From contig OZ255721.1 of assembly GCA_965277285.1 (NCBI GenBank), positions 96,001 through 160,000 on the forward strand: a stretch of DNA of 64,000 bases, in the 5' to 3' direction. Below the pieces are notes generated by a model that saw only the letters and a list, made by a program, of their open reading frames with translations, was not told where the DNA came from and searched no databases. The translations under genes and the position numbers were made by a program. Below, piece by piece: positions 60,123-64,000 of this stretch (position 1 is its first letter; each line of letters opens with the position of its first letter). The DNA is from Abditibacteriaceae bacterium. Its GTDB lineage: Bacteria > Armatimonadota > Abditibacteriia > Abditibacteriales > Abditibacteriaceae.

Positions 60123-62054
60123 TTAAATTCTCGATCCGCTGTTATCAACGCTGTCGCCTTGACCTTGATGGCCGGGTTGCGGCGCTCTGACTTGACGTTG
60201 ATGTTGCACGCGCGCGACTTGCGTCAAAACTGGCTCGCTTTTGTCGGTGCCCCAGCCGTGCAGAAACAGGATTTGTTCCAGCAATTCGTAAGGCGTAAAA
60301 GGCTGTCCCGTGCATTTGGTGAAACTTTCGACCTGCACATTCAAAGCGGCGCGCAGGCGTTGCGCAAACTGTCCGGTGTAGTTCAGTTCGGCGACAACGA
60401 TGCGCTTTTTGCCTTCCATCCATTGCCGAATCGCGTCTTCGGGCAGCGGGTTCATCAGCAAAACGTGCAGTTGCGCGGCATTCAAACCTTGCTGTTGCGC
60501 CAGGTCAATCGCTTCCTGCATCGCGCCTTCAGTCGAGCCCCAGGTAATGAAACCGATCTCCGACTCCACGTTTCCATAATGGCGTGCGAAGGTTCCTTTG
60601 CGATTCGCGTACTCGACGGCGACTTGCAGTTTTTTGTGGCGCTTATCGCTCATGTTTTTGTGCGCGGCAGGCGAAATATCCGGCTTGCCGCCTTCGTTAT
60701 GCTCCAGTCCGGTCGCAATATAATATGTCGCGTCATCGAACGGCTTGGCCATCGGCGAAACGCCACTTTCGGTCAGCGCAAAACGCTTGTAGTTCTGCAA
60801 TTGCTCGGCTGTCGGGCGCGCGCGATTGATAATTTCGTAATCGCTCAACTTAGGTTCAGGAATCAAAGCGCCCGCGTTTGCCAAGTAAAAATCGGTCAGG
60901 AAAAGCGTTGGCATCTGGCACATTTCGGCCAGGTTAAAGGCTTCGATTGTCATGTCGAAGCAATCTTGAATGTTGGCCGGAGCCAGCACAATGCGCGGCG
61001 CATCGCCGTGACCGCCATAAATCGCCAGGTTCAAATCGCTTTGTTCCTGCTTGGTCGGAAGTCCGGTCGAAGGCCCGCCGCGTTGCGCATCGAAAATGAC
61101 GCAGGGAATTTCAGCCATCGAAGCCAGACCAATTTCTTCAACCATCAGCGAAACGCCCGGCCCGCTGGTCGAAGTCGCAGCTTTTTTTCCAGCGTAACTG
61201 GCGCCCAAAACCATTCCTAAAGACGCAATTTCGTCTTCGGCCTGAATCACGCGACCGCCGAACTTGGGCAACAGGTTCGCCAATTTTTCCAGAATGGTGG
61301 AAGCGGGCGTAATCGGATAACCGGCGAAAACGCCCAATCCTGAAGCAATGGCGCCCAGAGCAATCGCGTCGTTGCCGCCCATCATCAGCAAATCGCCGGA
61401 AGTTTCGCGGCGCTCGACGGCAAACGGAATGTGTTCGCCCGTTTTCTGTGCGGCGTTGCGTCCCAAAGTCAAGCCCAACAAGTTCGCTTCGACAATTTTT
61501 TCGCCTTTGCGGTCGAACTTCTGGTGAATTAATTGGTTGACGACTTCGGTATCGACGCTCAAAAGTTCGGCGATGGCGCCCAGAGCGACCATGTTTTTGG
61601 CGCGCGCGCCGCCCGCTTCACGCTTAGCGATGCCGGTAAAATCGATCTCGATGATCTGCGCGTTCATGTTGGTATCATCGACCTGACATTCGGGATCGAA
61701 AATCAGCACGCCATTCGGTTTCAGGTCGGCTTTGTGAATCTGATAAACCTCGTCGTTGAAGCAGACCAGAATATCCAAATGCGAGCCTTGCGATTTGGGC
61801 GTGCTTTCGCCGACGCGCAACTGGAACATCGACGGCCCGCCTTTGATTTCGGCTGGCAAACTTTCGATTTTGAAAATGCGCAAGCCTAATCGTCCTAATG
61901 CAATTGCCAGGAATTCGCCGGTCGTGCGCACGCCTTCGCCGCCGTCGCCCGCAATGCGAATGATGACATCGTTGAGAATTGGCGCGTGTTCGCCGCTTCG
62001 AGTACTCGATGGCGCTACCTGGCTCGATGGCGCGGCGTCCAAAACTTCACTCAT
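60123..62054 (-). CDS. korA: 2-oxoacid:ferredoxin oxidoreductase alpha subunit
   Basis: AGDGGEGV, AGYPITPAS, QAEDE, TSTSGPG, QRGGPSTGLPT. Confidence 0.93.
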   Translation of the reverse strand: MSEVLDAAPSSQVAPSSTRSGEHAPILNDVIIRIAGDGGEGVRTTGEFLAIALGRLGLRIFKIESLPAEIKGGPSMFQLRVGESTPKSQGSHLDILVCFNDEVYQIHKADLKPNGVLIFDPECQVDDTNMNAQIIEIDFTGIAKREAGGARAKNMVALGAIAELLSVDTEVVNQLIHQKFDRKGEKIVEANLLGLTLGRNAAQKTGEHIPFAVERRETSGDLLMMGGNDAIALGAIASGLGVFAGYPITPASTILEKLANLLPKFGGRVIQAEDEIASLGMVLGASYAGKKAATSTSGPGVSLMVEEIGLASMAEIPCVIFDAQRGGPSTGLPTKQEQSDLNLAIYGGHGDAPRIVLAPANIQDCFDMTIEAFNLAEMCQMPTLFLTDFYLANAGALIPEPKLSDYEIINRARPTAEQLQNYKRFALTESGVSPMAKPFDDATYYIATGLEHNEGGKPDISPAAHKNMSDKRHKKLQVAVEYANRKGTFARHYGNVESEIGFITWGSTEGAMQEAIDLAQQQGLNAAQLHVLLMNPLPEDAIRQWMEGKKRIVVAELNYTGQFAQRLRAALNVQVESFTKCTGQPFTPYELLEQILFLHGWGTDKSEPVLTQVARVQHQRQVRAPQPGHQGQGDSVDNSGSRI

Positions 62055-62395
62055 AAGAAAAACTCCGTCTGTTCAAGAAATAAGGCAAAAGAAGGCCCAG
62101 CGTTGTCGAAAACAATCGCTGGGCAAAATCAGTACGAAAAAAGTGCGAAATACGTCCATCCGTCCAAGCCGTTTCTTCTGTTGTCAGTTTCAACTCCTCG
62201 CCTTCGGCCACAAATGGAGCGACAGTAAAGGCGCGTAGTTGTTCAATAAGCGAAAAGGGGAGAAAGGCGGACATCGAAAAGGTTAAGACGCGATTAAGGA
62301 AGCAATAGCGGCAGTCTAATCGGCGCCTTCTTTTTCGTCAACTTTGCACATAATGCGTTTGCCAGAGCGAGGCGGTTAAACTGTAAGTTCTTATT

Positions 62396-63814
62396 ATGAG
62401 TTTGTCTTCGCCTTCGAGTACTCGATATGTAGCGGACAGTGTTCTGGTTCCCGAACGCCTTAAAATCGGCTTGTTGACCGATACATTTTTGCCGATTTCC
62501 AATGGCGTGACGCATTCGGTGGCAGCGCTGGCGCGCATTTTTCTGCAAAACGGTCACGAGCCGCACATCTTCACTTTCGCTCCGGCGCGCGAACTCAAGT
62601 TCGCGCCCGAAGGCTTGCTCGATGATCCGCCGCATTTGTTGCGCGTGCCGCCGCGCGGAGGCGAAGAAGCCATCGACGGCGTACCGATTCATTACGCGCC
62701 CGCCTTGCCGATTTTGGAAACAGGTTATTATTTCGGCGTGCGTTATCCGATGTGGATGCGCTCTTTGTTGAATGAAATGGACGTTTTGCACGTTCATCAT
62801 CCTTTTATTTCCGGGCGACTGGCGCGCCGCCTGCGCCTGGAACATCAGCCGATTGTCTTCACCAATCACACGCGCTACGACATTTACACGCATTATTTCC
62901 AGAGCGCGATGCCGCGTCAAATGCAGTCTTTTACAGAACCTTTGACCAAGCCGGAAAATCTGGGACATCGTTTTACAGCGCGTGCCGCACGTTTCGCCAA
63001 CGCCTGCGATGCTGTGATTGCGCCGTCAGCTTCGATGCGCGGCGTGATGGCGGGCTGGGGCGTGCGCGCGCGGGTTCATGTGATTCCCAACGGCATTGAT
63101 TTAAGCCGTTTCCTCGACACATCGAATCTTCCGACATCGAGTACTCGAGACGCATCCATTATGCGAAATGGCCAAAATGTGTTACATAGAGCACATAGCA
63201 CTTCACGTACTGAATGGCGCCAACGTTGGAAAATCGACCAAGACGCGCCGCTCGCTATTTATCTGGGACGCATCGCGCCGGAGAAAAATGGGCGCGTTTT
63301 GCTGGAAGCGTTCTCTCTGGCATATCAGAAGAATGTCAATTTTCGCCTGGTGATTGTGGGAAATGGGCCATCAACTGAGGAATGGATAGAGTGGACGCGC
63401 GAAATGGGCATTGAAAAAGCTGTTCGTTTTGCGGGTGCGCTGAAGGCTTATGACGTTCCTTCGGCCTTGAGTGCAGCGGATGTTTTCGTTTCGGCGAGCG
63501 TGAGCGAAGTGCATCCTCTGACCTTTATCGAAGCGATGGCGAGCGGTTTGCCATGCGTGGGAACGCCTTCGCCGGGTGTGCAGGATTCGATTATTGACGG
63601 CGTCAATGGATGGATTGCTCCCGCCGAACCGCTGGCTTTTGCCAACGTCCTCGGCGCAGCATTGAGCGATGAAGCCGAGCGCAAGCAACGCGGAATACAA
63701 GCTCGCAACGATTGCCACGCTTACTCGATTGAAACGAATGCGGCGCATGTTTTGAAGCTGTATGACGAAGTTATCCACGCGCGCCTGGAAGATGCTTCCA
63801 CTCGAAGAAGTTGA
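62396..63814 (+). CDS. GT4 glycosyltransferase (diacylglycerol glucosyltransferase-like)
   Basis: TDTFLPISNGV, HTRY, IPNGID, GRIAPEKN, SEVHPLTFIEAMASG. Confidence 0.9.
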   Translation: MSLSSPSSTRYVADSVLVPERLKIGLLTDTFLPISNGVTHSVAALARIFLQNGHEPHIFTFAPARELKFAPEGLLDDPPHLLRVPPRGGEEAIDGVPIHYAPALPILETGYYFGVRYPMWMRSLLNEMDVLHVHHPFISGRLARRLRLEHQPIVFTNHTRYDIYTHYFQSAMPRQMQSFTEPLTKPENLGHRFTARAARFANACDAVIAPSASMRGVMAGWGVRARVHVIPNGIDLSRFLDTSNLPTSSTRDASIMRNGQNVLHRAHSTSRTEWRQRWKIDQDAPLAIYLGRIAPEKNGRVLLEAFSLAYQKNVNFRLVIVGNGPSTEEWIEWTREMGIEKAVRFAGALKAYDVPSALSAADVFVSASVSEVHPLTFIEAMASGLPCVGTPSPGVQDSIIDGVNGWIAPAEPLAFANVLGAALSDEAERKQRGIQARNDCHAYSIETNAAHVLKLYDEVIHARLEDASTRRS

Positions 63815-64000
63815 ACTGCTATTAAACTTCGCCGCGATTTTCGTGTGCAAGGTCGTAAAGATCGAGTACTCGAAACCTTTATGATGTAGGCGAAATTTAA
63901 GTTCAAATGTTTGGTGGCTTAAGTTGGTGAGGTTCGCGGACAAACTCGCACGGACTGGCACCCGGGTTCGTTGAGGAACTCACGGATTGAGCCACCACCA

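Overview
Bacterial chromosomal window, mostly housekeeping genes. It holds five tRNAs, tadA, recQ, alr, cdaA-cdaR, a lipid A/Kdo cluster (fabZ-lpxA fusion, lpxB, msbA, waaA, lpxK, lpxL-like, LPS-kinase-like), rpiB, a dGTPase, rpsL-rpsG, a sulfonate/nitrate-type ABC transporter, korAB, several signalling genes, a vWA/Ser-Thr kinase/WD40 cluster, hicAB and one IS5-family element. Lipid A genes together with cdaA/cdaR, a Firmicutes-type long S12 and a DUF1559/H-X9-DG prepilin-like protein suggest a diderm Terrabacteria lineage such as Armatimonadota/Abditibacteriota (inference). The dominant unexplained signal is a highly iterated 12-bp palindrome, TCGAGTACTCGA, usually flanked by A/T. My manual count gives 51 perfect and about 21 single-mismatch copies in 64 kb, against about 0.004 expected by chance. 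Roughly half lie inside genes, where they are read as SSTR, RVL[DE] or xEYS, and half lie between genes, often abutting start or stop codons. It resembles cyanobacterial HIP1 or DNA uptake sequences in behaviour but matches no motif I recognise. At least four REP-like hairpin families and heptamer-repeat hairpins also fill the intergenic spaces. All counts and coordinates were read by eye and should be verified computationally.
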